Notes: generated by a model not told the origin, from the sequence alone. Counted from the stretch's first letter, positions 1 to 10,719 are shown. The stretch is DNA of 64,000 nt from Candidatus Thorarchaeota archaeon (GCA_029855935.1 JAGSHN010000025.1:64001-128000); one strand, 5' to 3'. Translations and numbers: made by a program.

Positions 1-6
1 GGCCAA

Positions 7-1212
7 GTGTGGATGCTGGCGCTGTCGCTCGCCATTCTGCAGGTCGGCTTCGGGATAGTGGTGCCGATATTTCCATTCTACATTGTCGAACTTGGCGTCG
101 GCGCCACCGAACTAGGAGTCTTGGCATCGGCCTTCGCAATCACACGTGTCGCTCTTGCGGGCCCTCTCGGTGGTCTATCGGATCGCACGGGGCGGAAGCG
201 TGTGATGCTCGGCGCTCTGATTGGCTTTGCCGCTGCCAATCTTGTCTACGCTGCAGCACAGGACATCATCCTAATGATTGCCGCACGAGCAGTCGAGGGT
301 GCTGTTTCGGCCGGATTCTTCCCCGCGGCCAACGCTTTCGTCTCGGACGTGACAACACCCGAGAATCGTGGCACTGCTATGGGCTACCTCAACACGGGGA
401 ACATGGTGGGCTTTATTCTCGGCCCCGCGCTCGGCGGTGCTCTCGCACAGTTTCTTGGCGTCAGGCTGCCCTTTGTCATCGCCGCAGCCATCACAATGGC
501 GACATTCTGTTCGGTGGCGCTACTCGTCAGAGAGCCTGAGAAGAACGTGGATAGGATGCGCAACTTCGAGGAGGTGTCACTGAGGGAGGTCTTCGGCGTT
601 CGGCCTCGAGAATACTCCGCGCTGGCCGTGGCTATGTTCGCCAACATGTTCGCCATTGGTATTCTTGAAGTTGCATTCACAATGGACGCCGTCATCAGGC
701 TTGAGGTGACACCAATTGAGATTGGTCTGTTCTTCGGCGTTCTGGGCCTTGTGATGATGGTGGGCAGTGTGGTGTTCGGCAAACTCTCCGACATACGGGG
801 ACGTAAGTGGCTCATAGTTCTTGGTGCTATTGTAGGCGCAATCTCACTGTATATGTTCACAATCGTCACCGATCCTGTTGGCCTGTATATCGCGGGTAGT
901 GTTCTCGCTCTCGCAATCTCGATGCGTGGGCCGACAATTCAGGCTCTTATTGGCGACCTCACGGATGAGCGTGCGTACGGTGTCGTGATGGGGGCCTTCG
1001 GCGCCATCAGCAACGGCGCCTATGCTGTCAGCCCACTACTCGGGGGAGTGATGTTCGATGCCACGGGCAATAGCGTGTCTAGCCTTGGCCTCGCAGCCCT
1101 TGTGACACTGGCTGGAGGAGCTGCTGCGGCAGTTGGGCTTCCCGGAGGCCCACCTGCGAAACTTACGCTGAGCGAGGACGTGGACATTCAGGCGGGTGTG
1201 CGTGAGTTCTAG
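7..1212 (+). CDS. MFS transporter (DHA1/TetA-like); may be 5'-truncated by the window edge
   Basis: About 12 hydrophobic segments; motif A twice (GGLSDRTGRK, GKLSDIRGRK). Confidence 0.9.
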   Translation: MWMLALSLAILQVGFGIVVPIFPFYIVELGVGATELGVLASAFAITRVALAGPLGGLSDRTGRKRVMLGALIGFAAANLVYAAAQDIILMIAARAVEGAVSAGFFPAANAFVSDVTTPENRGTAMGYLNTGNMVGFILGPALGGALAQFLGVRLPFVIAAAITMATFCSVALLVREPEKNVDRMRNFEEVSLREVFGVRPREYSALAVAMFANMFAIGILEVAFTMDAVIRLEVTPIEIGLFFGVLGLVMMVGSVVFGKLSDIRGRKWLIVLGAIVGAISLYMFTIVTDPVGLYIAGSVLALAISMRGPTIQALIGDLTDERAYGVVMGAFGAISNGAYAVSPLLGGVMFDATGNSVSSLGLAALVTLAGGAAAAVGLPGGPPAKLTLSEDVDIQAGVREF

Positions 1213-2048
1213 ACCATCTCAGCAGCCACGTAGGCAACGACACTCTCGGGCGAGCCTGTCACAACTCCAGAGTTTGTGTACTTGAGCAGGTTGAAACTCG
1301 TCGCTCCGCGCTCCTTGGCGAAGACCATTGCTGCTGCTATCGGCCCAGCACCGCAGATGGAGATATTGTGGTTGCGTACGAACTGAAGGAAACCTCTCGG
1401 ATCCATCATCTCAAGATACTCCATTGCCTGGTAGTCCTTTCGCCGGGCGGCGTCCGCGTGCTCAAAGTGTGTAAAGTCGGAACTCGCAATCACAAGTATG
1501 TCGAACTCTTCGGCCAGTCTCGCCAGCGTCTTGCCAATACTCTCACACACCTCGTACCTCTGGTCGCTGACACATATCGGGACGAAGGGCACACCGTCTC
1601 CGAAGATGTATTGCAGAAAGGGAAGCTGTACCTCGATTGAGTGCTCGCGCGCGTGCGCCAGACAGTCATAGGTCGCGATGGGGTCTGCATTGACGATCTG
1701 CGCACCGAGCGCACGGTCAAACATCACGGTCCCCAGTGGAGTCTCCCAGTCCTCGTTGCACACTGCGAGCCGTGCGCCCAGCCCTGTGTGATTCGGCCCG
1801 AGAATCACAATGTGTTCCGGTTGACCGTCCTCAAAGAGCCTGAGATAAGAGTGGGCCGCTGCAGCACCCGAATAGACGTATCCAGCGTGAGGACTCACAA
1901 GAGCCTTGATTGAGCGTGATGTCCCTGCCTCACCTGACGGTAGCCGTCCCGGCCCTTGAGGGTCGAGAAAACACTCCTCAATCCTCTTCAGGAGGAGGTC
2001 GCGCTTACCCTCGTAGAACGAACCAGCAACGACAGGCATCCTCACCAT
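1209..2048 (-). CDS. amrB: AmmeMemoRadiSam system protein B / MEMO1 family
   Basis: VAGSFY, SPHAGYVYSG, GPNHTG, EHSIEVQLPFLQ, SSDFTH, ICGAGP motifs. Confidence 0.92.
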   Translation of the reverse strand: MVRMPVVAGSFYEGKRDLLLKRIEECFLDPQGPGRLPSGEAGTSRSIKALVSPHAGYVYSGAAAAHSYLRLFEDGQPEHIVILGPNHTGLGARLAVCNEDWETPLGTVMFDRALGAQIVNADPIATYDCLAHAREHSIEVQLPFLQYIFGDGVPFVPICVSDQRYEVCESIGKTLARLAEEFDILVIASSDFTHFEHADAARRKDYQAMEYLEMMDPRGFLQFVRNHNISICGAGPIAAAMVFAKERGATSFNLLKYTNSGVVTGSPESVVAYVAAEMV

Positions 2049-2175
2049 AGGTCATCCCGCCGACAGGTATGTCACCGTCGGTCAAAAGGTTTGCCAACTG
2101 TCGACAGCCCGTCTCGGATGGTAATGATTGGTATAAGAACAATTCAAGTATTAGGGAGTGACAACGTGTCTTGCA

Positions 2176-3510
2176 ATGTGCGACACGATCATCGCGCTAG
2201 GGAAGGCCACGAGTGACGGACGTACTTTGTTTGGGAAGAACAGCGACAGGCCACCAAATGAGTGCCAAGTCGTAGAGTATCACCCAAGCCGTCAGTACGA
2301 CCCCGGCACCGAGTTGAGGTGCACGTATGTCACCATTCCTCAGGTGGAGAGAACGAACGCCATCATCATCTCTCGTCCTTTCTGGATGTGGGGCGCCGAG
2401 ATGGGATGCAACGAACACGGTGTGGTGATAGGCAATGAGGCTGTCTTCTCCAATGAGGAGGTACCGGAGACTGGTCTGCTGGGAATGGACCTCCTTCGTC
2501 TGGGGCTGGAACGTGGGGACTCTGCGACAAGTGCTCTTGACGTGATGGTCGAGCTTCTCGAGTGTCACGGCCAGGGAGGAATCTGCGAGCTTGGGGGAGC
2601 AATGATGTATCACAACAGCTTCATCATTGCTGACCCAGATGAGGCGTGGGTTCTTGAGACATCTCAGCGACGATGGGTCGCCCTCAGGGTGAGAGATGTC
2701 TGGTCAATATCGAATGGGTATACGATAACCACCAAGTGGGACCGAGGGTCAGACGACGTAGTCGAGCACGCCGTGGAACAGGGCTGGTACGATGAGGACA
2801 GCGAATTCGACTTCGCCGCGGCCTACGGAAATGAGGCGATGCGGTATATTTCAAGGTGCGACGACAGGCTGAGCTGTACAAGAAGATGGCTCAGGGATGC
2901 GCACGGGGAGATCGACTTCTTTACCATTGCTGAGACCCTGCGTGACCATCCGGATGGCTGGACCCCTTGGTCACAGGAGCAGGCTGCGGTCTGCCAGCAT
3001 GCGAGTCACGAGAACGCCTATGCGACAACCGGAGCGCAGATCTCCGAACTTGGAAGCGACCCCGTGCACTGGTTCACTGGCTCGTCCACTACTTGTATGA
3101 GCGTCTTCTGGCCCATCTCGTTCAACCGACACGCATTGTATGATGGCTTTGATGTCGGAGGAGAACGCTATACCGAAGACTCCTACTGGTGGAAACGCGA
3201 GAGAGTGAACAGGATGCTCACACTCAGATTCACAGACGCGTTTCCGAGGTATCGAGAGATCGTGAGCGAGATACAGGGCAGGACATACGACCTCTACTAC
3301 TCCGGTGGAATGACCGCAGACTTCGAGGAACTCATTGAAGAACATAGCGATGCCCTGACCGTGCTCTCCAAGAAGATTTCGGAACCCAGCGGCCTTCCGG
3401 GAGAGTTCGTTGACTACTGGGAGAAGAGGAGCAAGGAGACAGGGGTCAGTCTAGACTGGGCTGGGTCAAGGGACCAAGAGCAGAACCACGGCTCCGCTTC
3501 TGACTCGTAG
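2176..3510 (+). CDS. Peptidase C69 family (secernin/dipeptidase, Ntn hydrolase)
   Basis: N-terminal MCDT nucleophile Cys, GKNSDRP, WGAEMGCNEHGVVIGNEA; start moved to the ATG before Cys. Confidence 0.9.
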   Translation: MCDTIIALGKATSDGRTLFGKNSDRPPNECQVVEYHPSRQYDPGTELRCTYVTIPQVERTNAIIISRPFWMWGAEMGCNEHGVVIGNEAVFSNEEVPETGLLGMDLLRLGLERGDSATSALDVMVELLECHGQGGICELGGAMMYHNSFIIADPDEAWVLETSQRRWVALRVRDVWSISNGYTITTKWDRGSDDVVEHAVEQGWYDEDSEFDFAAAYGNEAMRYISRCDDRLSCTRRWLRDAHGEIDFFTIAETLRDHPDGWTPWSQEQAAVCQHASHENAYATTGAQISELGSDPVHWFTGSSTTCMSVFWPISFNRHALYDGFDVGGERYTEDSYWWKRERVNRMLTLRFTDAFPRYREIVSEIQGRTYDLYYSGGMTADFEELIEEHSDALTVLSKKISEPSGLPGEFVDYWEKRSKETGVSLDWAGSRDQEQNHGSASDS

Positions 3511-3578
3511 CTTCATTTCGCATAGACGTAAGAGGCCGACTTGTTGATTGATTCCTTCCGGGGCTACGGCAGCAGGAG

Positions 3579-4952
3579 TCACCATCCTAGTGGGTCCTCG
3601 CGACGTGTCGCGGGGGTTTCTCTCGCCGTTCTACCCGTGGTTTCTTGATTCAGCAGTGCGCGTATCTCGTCGACGAGCCGCTCCAGAGGCACTACGGCCG
3701 TGTCCTTAGTTTCCATGTCCCGCACACTTACATTTCCCGCCGCGAGGTCCTTAGCTCCCACGATGACCACGAGCCGCGCCCTTCGTGAGTCCGCACGCTC
3801 GAGCTGCTTCTTCAGGGAGCGCTCCATTATGTCAACTTCGGAGACTAGGCCAGCACGCACCAGTTCCTGCTGGATTCTCATCGCGTGTCTGACCATCGCT
3901 CTCTTGATTGGTGCCACGAAGACATCAAGACGGGGACGAAGCTCCTTGTCCTTCCCGCGAGCGATCAGGACATCGATGAAACGACTTATGCCCAGAGAGA
4001 TTCCGGTTGCTGGTGTGTGCGGGCCACCAAACCTCTCAATCAAGTTGTCATAGCGTCCGCCGCCGAGAACCGAACCCACGTACGGTTGTCCGAGGTACCT
4101 GCCCTCGAACACGGGGCCGGTGTAGTAGTCGAGCCCCCTTGCGAGGGATAGGTCGAACTCCACGTACTTCTCAACATCCACCTCGGCGAATATCTCCGCC
4201 ATAAACTCCAGCTCGTCGACGCCCTCAAGACCCACCTCTGAGCCGTTCAGCACCCCTCTGAACTCGTCCAGCGCAGCGGTACCTGTTCCTCGAATCTCAA
4301 TAGCACTCAGGAGAACCTCACTCGCCTCTCGGTCAATGCCGCGCTCGGACAGCTCTTCACTGACTCCGTCGACACCTATCTTGTCGAGCTTGTCGATGGC
4401 CCGGAAACACTCGTACGTGAGGCTGTCGGGAACGCCCGCTCGCTCTATGAGCCCTCGAAGTACCTTTCGACTGTTGATCTTGATCACGTAGTCCTTTCCC
4501 AATACCCTGCGCAGAAACTCAAGTGCCACAAGAACAACCTCGGCGTCCGCAGCGGGACTGGATGATCCCACAATATCCACGTCTGCCTGCATGAACTCTC
4601 TATAGCGTCCAGCCTGCGGACGATCGTACCGCCAAGCCTTGCCTATTGCGTATCTCTTGAACGGCTTGGGTAGCGTCGGATTGGAAGCAACAATCCTTGC
4701 GAGAGGGACTGTCAGGTCGAAACGAAGGCCGACGTCACGGTCCCCCTTGTCCTTGAACTTGAAGGTCTCAGCCTCCACCTCCTCACCACCCTTCGCACTC
4801 AGGGTCTCCCAGAGCTCCATCACCGGGGAGTCCAGAGGCTCGTAGCCGTACTGCCTGAAGACGCTCACAGCAGTCCGCACAAGATAGTCCTGAACCCACA
4901 TCTCGGGCCCCATCAGGTCCCTCGTACCACGTACAGTACGCATCTCACCCAA
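3579..4952 (-). CDS. hisS: Histidine--tRNA ligase
   Basis: RGTRD, LRFDLTVP, RYDRPQAGRYREF, LARGLDYYTG, GGGRYD; TTG start with GGAGG about 8 nt upstream. Confidence 0.96.
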   Translation of the reverse strand: MGEMRTVRGTRDLMGPEMWVQDYLVRTAVSVFRQYGYEPLDSPVMELWETLSAKGGEEVEAETFKFKDKGDRDVGLRFDLTVPLARIVASNPTLPKPFKRYAIGKAWRYDRPQAGRYREFMQADVDIVGSSSPAADAEVVLVALEFLRRVLGKDYVIKINSRKVLRGLIERAGVPDSLTYECFRAIDKLDKIGVDGVSEELSERGIDREASEVLLSAIEIRGTGTAALDEFRGVLNGSEVGLEGVDELEFMAEIFAEVDVEKYVEFDLSLARGLDYYTGPVFEGRYLGQPYVGSVLGGGRYDNLIERFGGPHTPATGISLGISRFIDVLIARGKDKELRPRLDVFVAPIKRAMVRHAMRIQQELVRAGLVSEVDIMERSLKKQLERADSRRARLVVIVGAKDLAAGNVSVRDMETKDTAVVPLERLVDEIRALLNQETTGRTARETPATRREDPLGW

Positions 4953-5058
4953 AAGTCAGGCCTCCAACAAGTCTCCTCGGCGACGAGCATCTGGACTGGC
5001 TCATTTCAGCAGGGAAGATGAACGGGTCCACCAACCATCCAGATCGTCACCCAAGAGG
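4953..5058 (-). promoter_or_regulatory. Structured 5' leader of hisS (long irregular hairpin)
   Basis: mRNA-sense stems GTGACGA/TCGTCGC, TCTGGA/TCCAGA, TGG/CCA, TTCAT/ATGAG; TATA-like TTTAAA at 5077-5082. Confidence 0.6.
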
Positions 5059-5253
5059 CAACCTCAGCCGGCCGACTTTAAACCTTGCGATTGACAGGAG
5101 TCTTGCAGAGAGCCACAGGATATTGTAGGGCAGAGTGACGGTTCCGGGTTCCACCATCTAGTCCAAGCCTGCCCCGCCCTGGGGCTTCCAGCACAGGTCA
5201 TCCGCGATTCGGGACAGCCCGCGCCTCTTGGTCAAACACCGGAACAACACGCT

Positions 5254-6588
5254 CTACACGAGAGGAATGAGGTCAAACGCCAACAATAGCAGGTAGACCA
5301 CAACACCCGTTGCCATCACCAGTGAGTCCTTCACGACCCGCCTGGCCAGTGTGCCCTCGCGGTCGGCCACGTAGACGTAGATGATCTTGTTGAGCACAGA
5401 CGTGGTCGTGGTGATGATGACCGCGAAGACGGCCGTCTGAAGTGAGATGACGCCACTGACGTACAGCGGTACAACGGCAGCAACAACAGCACCCGCAGAG
5501 GCGAATCCTCCGAAGATTGCGGCGACCAGAGTGCCAACGTCCGCAAAGACCTGCTGCAGGAAGAGGGATACGAACGATACGGCCGTGAAGACAGCGGCGA
5601 AGCGTATTGCCGCACCAAACTCGAATGGCGAGACAAAACGCATATCTATCTCCTGCTCGTCGTGCTCACGCACATCGTGACGTTCAATGGCGAGCCGGAC
5701 GAGGCCCATAATGACAAGAATGCCAAGCGGAAATAGATAGTAACGCATTATCTCAAGGGAGGGATCGAGGAGGACGATTATCACGCCATTCCTGAGGACC
5801 ATAGCAAGATTTGCGAAGATTGCCGCCAGAGACATCCGACCGGGAAACTTGCGCTCTGTCTTAACGTGAAAGTCCGTGAGACTAGAGACGGTGGCCTCAC
5901 TGTTAGCGAATCCGCCGAAGAAGCCGAAGAAGTACGGACCACGATGCCGATACTTCTTGACAAGGATATAGTTGCCGAAGCTGATTGCCAACAGCAGCAC
6001 TATCAACCAATAGGTCTGGAAGATTGGGAAGCGAATCGTCCCGACCTGCAGATACTCGGGCATCAGAGGCCACAGAAACAGTATGAGCACACCAAGCTCG
6101 ACAGCGCTGATCATCTCATCCCGCGTTATCACTGCCACAGCTGCAGCCAATTCTTCCTTGAAACCAAGGATGAGAAAGACGAGGAACGATATCGTCATTG
6201 CCAAGACTGACAGGGGGCCGACCAGCTCCGGTGGCGTAGGGGGCGCATCAAGCCCCACGAGGGCCCCCAGCACGAAGGACATGGCGAACACTATTGATGT
6301 AGTCATCCCCTTGCGCATAGTCCTGAAAATCTTGTAGATTATCTGTGCTGTGACGAGGATCACCGAGATGACCACCGCATAGACGAGAATGACCGTGTTG
6401 CCCGTGACCGTGTAGGAGTACGCAGCAAGTGTTCCGAGAAGGCTGTGCAGACCAAACGAACGCACACCAATTGCATCTGCCTGTGTCATCCGCTTCTGGC
6501 GCTCAAGCCCAATGAGAGCACCCACTGCAAAACCCAACACGGAACGCACTATGAGGTCTGGAGGTAGTAGCTCCTGCACGGTCATCAC
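5254..6588 (-). CDS. MgtC/SapB family membrane protein with DUF4010
   Basis: GALIGLERQ..GVRSFGL MgtC motif; GFFGGFANSEA; multiple TM helices. Confidence 0.85.
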   Translation of the reverse strand: MMTVQELLPPDLIVRSVLGFAVGALIGLERQKRMTQADAIGVRSFGLHSLLGTLAAYSYTVTGNTVILVYAVVISVILVTAQIIYKIFRTMRKGMTTSIVFAMSFVLGALVGLDAPPTPPELVGPLSVLAMTISFLVFLILGFKEELAAAVAVITRDEMISAVELGVLILFLWPLMPEYLQVGTIRFPIFQTYWLIVLLLAISFGNYILVKKYRHRGPYFFGFFGGFANSEATVSSLTDFHVKTERKFPGRMSLAAIFANLAMVLRNGVIIVLLDPSLEIMRYYLFPLGILVIMGLVRLAIERHDVREHDEQEIDMRFVSPFEFGAAIRFAAVFTAVSFVSLFLQQVFADVGTLVAAIFGGFASAGAVVAAVVPLYVSGVISLQTAVFAVIITTTTSVLNKIIYVYVADREGTLARRVVKDSLVMATGVVVYLLLLAFDLIPLV

Positions 6589-6691
6589 CCCTTTGGAGTT
6601 CTAGGTGACGGAGGCCGTTTGCATTTAGAGCTTACGCTGACCGCCACGACGTCAACAGAAAAAGAGAGGATGAGGGTGGACCGAGGTGCAC

Positions 6692-7363
6692 TCAGTCCAG
6701 CCTTGTGTGCTTCAGTAGGGCAGAGAGAGGAATGTCAGCGTACTCGCCTGTGGGGAGCGTTCTCCTCACCGTCATCGGCAGAACCCCCGCCCTCAGCTCG
6801 ACCTCCGCGAGAGCGAACAGACCCTTGGGCGCCTTTGAGCGGTCAATCAGCGTGGGCGCACCCATTGCAATCTGGAGCGCTCTGGCACCGATGATGCGGG
6901 CCTTCTCGAATCTCGTCAGCCACTTTGGGCCGATTGGAATACCGAGCTCCTTCTTCTCCCGGTCAAGACCAGTCTCAAGGCGGACGACCTCTTCGGTCTG
7001 TCGTACCTCCTCTGCTGGTGGGAGCGATATTCTCACGGGTTCTGGTGCCGGAGGCTTCTTTCGCTTCGTCTTCCGCCCCTCGGACAGGTCGACGGCCCCC
7101 GCCTTCACCGCCTCGAGGAGTGACGATGCCTCGGCAATGACAGCCTCGGCCTTCGAAACACTCAGACCCGCAACCGCCTCTGCAAGTTCCTCAGGCTGAG
7201 CAGCTGCAAGGCGTTCAATCGAGTCGTAGCCGGCTGCCACCATCTTCTCCGCAGTCCGGGGGCCTACTCCTGGCACGTTCGTCAGGAGCGAGGCCTTCTC
7301 CTCCGGTGTCATCTCCTCTGTCGTTGTCTTCCTTTCGTCAGGGCCGTTCGACATATGTTCCAC
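6692..7363 (-). CDS. rpoK: RNA polymerase subunit Rpo6/K with N-terminal helix-hairpin-helix domain
   Basis: C-terminal [22 protein letters not shown]...LPMTVRR; N-terminal [21 protein letters not shown] HhH. Confidence 0.9.
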   Translation of the reverse strand: MEHMSNGPDERKTTTEEMTPEEKASLLTNVPGVGPRTAEKMVAAGYDSIERLAAAQPEELAEAVAGLSVSKAEAVIAEASSLLEAVKAGAVDLSEGRKTKRKKPPAPEPVRISLPPAEEVRQTEEVVRLETGLDREKKELGIPIGPKWLTRFEKARIIGARALQIAMGAPTLIDRSKAPKGLFALAEVELRAGVLPMTVRRTLPTGEYADIPLSALLKHTRLD

Positions 7364-7391
7364 CTTTGACGGGAGTCTGTGTCATCAGCTC

Positions 7392-9041
7392 TCAGTCCTC
7401 GTCACCGAGGTCCCGGTCCGGAGGCGTCTCGCCGGGGACTGGCGCAGACTTCGAGCTAATAACATCATCGATTTTGAGTATCATCTGCGAGCACTCAGCC
7501 GCGGAGGCTATAACCTGCCTCTTGACCACTGCAGGCTCGACAACACGTGTCTTCTTCATGTCACGGACCTTGCCCTTGACGATGTCGATACCTGCTGTGA
7601 TCTCCCCATCTGCGTGCGATGAGCGCAGCTTGACGAGAATATCGATAGGGTCTATGCCCGCGTTCTCGGCCAGCGTGGCAGGCAGCGCCTCAAGCGCATC
7701 AGCAAACGCGTTGACAGCGTACTGCTCTCTACCCTCGAGTGTTGACGCGAAGTCGCGGAGCCTCAAGGCAATCTCCGTCTCCACCGCGCCACCGCCATAG
7801 AGAATGTACGGGTGCTCGACAACGTCCTTGACCACATACAGCGCATCACGAATGGCACGGTCAACCTCGTCGACGACGTGCTCGGTACCTCCCCGAATCA
7901 GAATCGTGGCCACTGCTGTCTTGGGCGTTCCCTCTATGAAGAGTAGCTTGTCATCACCAATCTTTCTCTGCTCGACAAGGTCAGCAGTACCGAGGTCATC
8001 CGCCGTGAGGTTCTGAATCTTCGACACGATTGTGGCGCCAGTTGCCTTGTGAATCCGCTGAATGTCGCTCTTCTTGACCCTGCGGACAGCAAGGATGCCG
8101 TGCTTTGCAAGGTAGTGCTGGGCCACGTCATCAATGCCCTTCTGGCATATCACGACATTGGCACCAGCCTCGACAATCTTGTCTACCATCTCCTTGAGCA
8201 TCCGCTGTTCCTCGTCGAGGAATGCCTGCATCGAGTTCGGGTCTGTGATGGAAATCTTGGCATCAAATTCGGTCTTGATTATCTCAAGAGCACACTCCAA
8301 GAGCGCAATCTTGGCCTTCTCGACTCGCTTCGGCATTCCCGCGTGAACGACCTCCTTGTCAAGAACGATGCCGTGGATGAGCTCGGTGTCCTGGATGTTC
8401 TCACCGTACTGCTTCTGACGGGGAATGTAGTCCAGGTTGATCTCCTCGTCGTCCGCACGAGCCTTGGCTACCGAGAGGACCGCATCAACAACCACGTCGG
8501 CAAGTTGCTCCTTCGCGGTCGCCACGAATTTTGATGACATCGCAGTCTTTGCAACATCCTTCAGGACCTTCTTGAACTGAGGAGTTGCAGGATCGACCTT
8601 CTCGGCAATCTCGTCGATTATCTGGGCGGCCTTCTCAGCAGCCTTCCTGTACCCGGTGATCACCGTCGTCGGGTGGATGTTCTGCTCCAGTAGCTCCTGA
8701 GCCTTCTTGAGCAGCTCACCGGTGAGGACCGCTGCTGTTGTCGTTCCATCACCGACCTCCGAGTCCACGGTCTTCGAGACATCAATCACCATCTTTGCAG
8801 CAGGGTGAGCGACGTCCATCTCCTTCAGAATTGTGGCACCATCATTGGTGACCGTCACATCGCCGAAAGAGTCCACGAGCATCTTGTCCATACCGCGAGG
8901 ACCCAGAGCAGACTTCACGGCCTCGGCAATCACTATGGCCGCCATAATGTTGGTCCGCTGGGCATCGCGGCCCTCCGTGCGCTCGGTGTCTTCCTTCAGC
9001 ACTATCACGGGAATCTGACTCATTGCTTCTTCCTCCAACAT
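7392..9041 (-). CDS. ths: Thermosome subunit (group II chaperonin)
   Basis: LGPRGMDKM, TNDGATIL, GDGTTT, YGGGAVE motifs. Confidence 0.97.
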   Translation of the reverse strand: MLEEEAMSQIPVIVLKEDTERTEGRDAQRTNIMAAIVIAEAVKSALGPRGMDKMLVDSFGDVTVTNDGATILKEMDVAHPAAKMVIDVSKTVDSEVGDGTTTAAVLTGELLKKAQELLEQNIHPTTVITGYRKAAEKAAQIIDEIAEKVDPATPQFKKVLKDVAKTAMSSKFVATAKEQLADVVVDAVLSVAKARADDEEINLDYIPRQKQYGENIQDTELIHGIVLDKEVVHAGMPKRVEKAKIALLECALEIIKTEFDAKISITDPNSMQAFLDEEQRMLKEMVDKIVEAGANVVICQKGIDDVAQHYLAKHGILAVRRVKKSDIQRIHKATGATIVSKIQNLTADDLGTADLVEQRKIGDDKLLFIEGTPKTAVATILIRGGTEHVVDEVDRAIRDALYVVKDVVEHPYILYGGGAVETEIALRLRDFASTLEGREQYAVNAFADALEALPATLAENAGIDPIDILVKLRSSHADGEITAGIDIVKGKVRDMKKTRVVEPAVVKRQVIASAAECSQMILKIDDVISSKSAPVPGETPPDRDLGDED

Positions 9042-9184
9042 AGTCTGGTGACTCTCAGACTAGTCCAACAAAACTGTACATGGACTTCGCTCTGATATCC
9101 CCATTTAAAGATTGAGTTACCACTCTTGAGTTGGACCGTTGGCGCCGGGCCGTCCATAAAAACGTTGTCGAATAGCAGTACCGT

Positions 9185-10120
9185 CTATCCACCCTCCACG
9201 GCCAAGACAACGTTGTCACCGGGGCGAGCACCGATCGCGCCCGCGATGTTGGCACATTTGGCCCGTAGCACATAGAACGTCAGCACACCAATCTGGTCCT
9301 GAATGCGCGGAAACGTCTCGATGTTAGACTGGCCCTTAGACACAACAAGGTCTGCCGACCTCACTGTGACGAGGAACTCGCTGCTAACGAGGTCGGGGGG
9401 AACACCGTGAGACTGCACTCCTGTGTCAGAGATCTCGGCAAGCTGTTCGATCTCCGTCCCTGCCACATCCTCACGGGTGGCGTCATTAGCCATCGGGCCG
9501 CCCTTCACAACGTACGTGACCGACCAGCCGAGACTGTTGAGTAGGCGTAGTAATGGGATGTCGAAGATTGTCTCGCCTGCGTTATCAGCGAGAAAGACCA
9601 GACGGCGATCTTCTCTGGGTTCCCGTGTGAGCTCCTCCCACAGTCGGCGGGAATGATCAATGGCGAACCCATCCTCAAGGATTCGTTCAAAGTCCTGATA
9701 CAGTGTCTCGAGGTCGGGCCTATGTGCGGCGGTGTTGTAGTCAATCAGATTCCCAGCTATCGAAGCGCCCAGACACGCACGGAGCCGTTCGTAGCCAGTC
9801 AGCGATGAGATGAGTTCCTCGACCTGCGGCAGAAGCGACATCGCGACCTCGTTGCTCTTGCGTTTGATCTCGCGGAACGGATCGTCCACGTCGCCCATTG
9901 AATAGAGTTCCTGATACATGTCCACCGACAGAGGGTGTGGTGCGATACCCTCATCGAACCCCTTTGCAAGATACTCGAATGCACGTCTGAACATCCGGAA
10001 CTGGAGATCGGGGTCTGACGTCAGGAGCGGTATCAGCATCTTGAGGCTGTGCGTGATACAGGGTGCGCACTCAGGGACAAGAGGGACACGAATCGGATCT
10101 CTCGGCACGGTCGTCATCAC
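9185..10120 (-). CDS. ARMT1/DUF89 damage-control phosphatase
   Basis: ECAPC, AGNLID, ADNAGE, NDAT, KGQSNIE, KC motifs. Confidence 0.9.
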   Translation of the reverse strand: MMTTVPRDPIRVPLVPECAPCITHSLKMLIPLLTSDPDLQFRMFRRAFEYLAKGFDEGIAPHPLSVDMYQELYSMGDVDDPFREIKRKSNEVAMSLLPQVEELISSLTGYERLRACLGASIAGNLIDYNTAAHRPDLETLYQDFERILEDGFAIDHSRRLWEELTREPREDRRLVFLADNAGETIFDIPLLRLLNSLGWSVTYVVKGGPMANDATREDVAGTEIEQLAEISDTGVQSHGVPPDLVSSEFLVTVRSADLVVSKGQSNIETFPRIQDQIGVLTFYVLRAKCANIAGAIGARPGDNVVLAVEGG

Positions 10121-10132
10121 GCTCCTATCAGG

Positions 10133-10603
10133 TCACGCCCGACGCACCATTAAGAACGCGTCCTCTCCGTCGCGGTAGTAGCCGCGGAGGACACGTTTGA
10201 CCTCGAAGCCCAGCTGCTCGTAGACCTGAATCGCAGTCTCATTGGACCTCCGGACCTCAAGAAATACTTCAGACACTCCGTACTCCTTCATCCCCTCGAT
10301 GCCGCGCCTTATCAGCTCTGACCCTATTCCTCTGTTGCGATACTCGGGAAGGACTGCGATTGAGACGACATGGCCCTTCTTGACAGGCAGTGGCCCGAAA
10401 CTCGAGATGCCTCGCTCTATCCGGCACATGATGTAGCCGACAACAGAGCCGTTCGCCTCGGCCACCAGAAAGGCTCGCGGGGCGTGCTGATAGAGAACGA
10501 GAAAGAATGAGTCCGGGTAGTTCTCTGGCAGACAGGTCTTGTTGATCTCGGTCACTGTTCTGAGGTCGTCCTGTGTGAACTGCCGAATGGTGTAGTCACT
10601 CAA
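10133..10603 (-). CDS. ard1: N-terminal acetyltransferase Ard1/RimI (GNAT)
   Basis: CLPENY, GHVVSIAV, RNRGIG, LEVRRSN, YYRDGEDA. Confidence 0.92.
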   Translation of the reverse strand: MSDYTIRQFTQDDLRTVTEINKTCLPENYPDSFFLVLYQHAPRAFLVAEANGSVVGYIMCRIERGISSFGPLPVKKGHVVSIAVLPEYRNRGIGSELIRRGIEGMKEYGVSEVFLEVRRSNETAIQVYEQLGFEVKRVLRGYYRDGEDAFLMVRRA

Positions 10604-10719
10604 GGATGATCACGTTCTGCCTATTCGCTGAACGCTCCGAGAGCGACTCATCTTTTTAGAATTATCGTGGGCTGTCGCTCGGGTGTGAGGACCGGCCACG
10701 GAGGCCCGCCAGGTCACGT

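Noticed and set aside
4953-5058. C/D box sRNA reading of the hisS leader (GTGACGA, CTGA)
   Set aside because: Guide spacing is too long and the C-like box is buried in a Watson-Crick stem.
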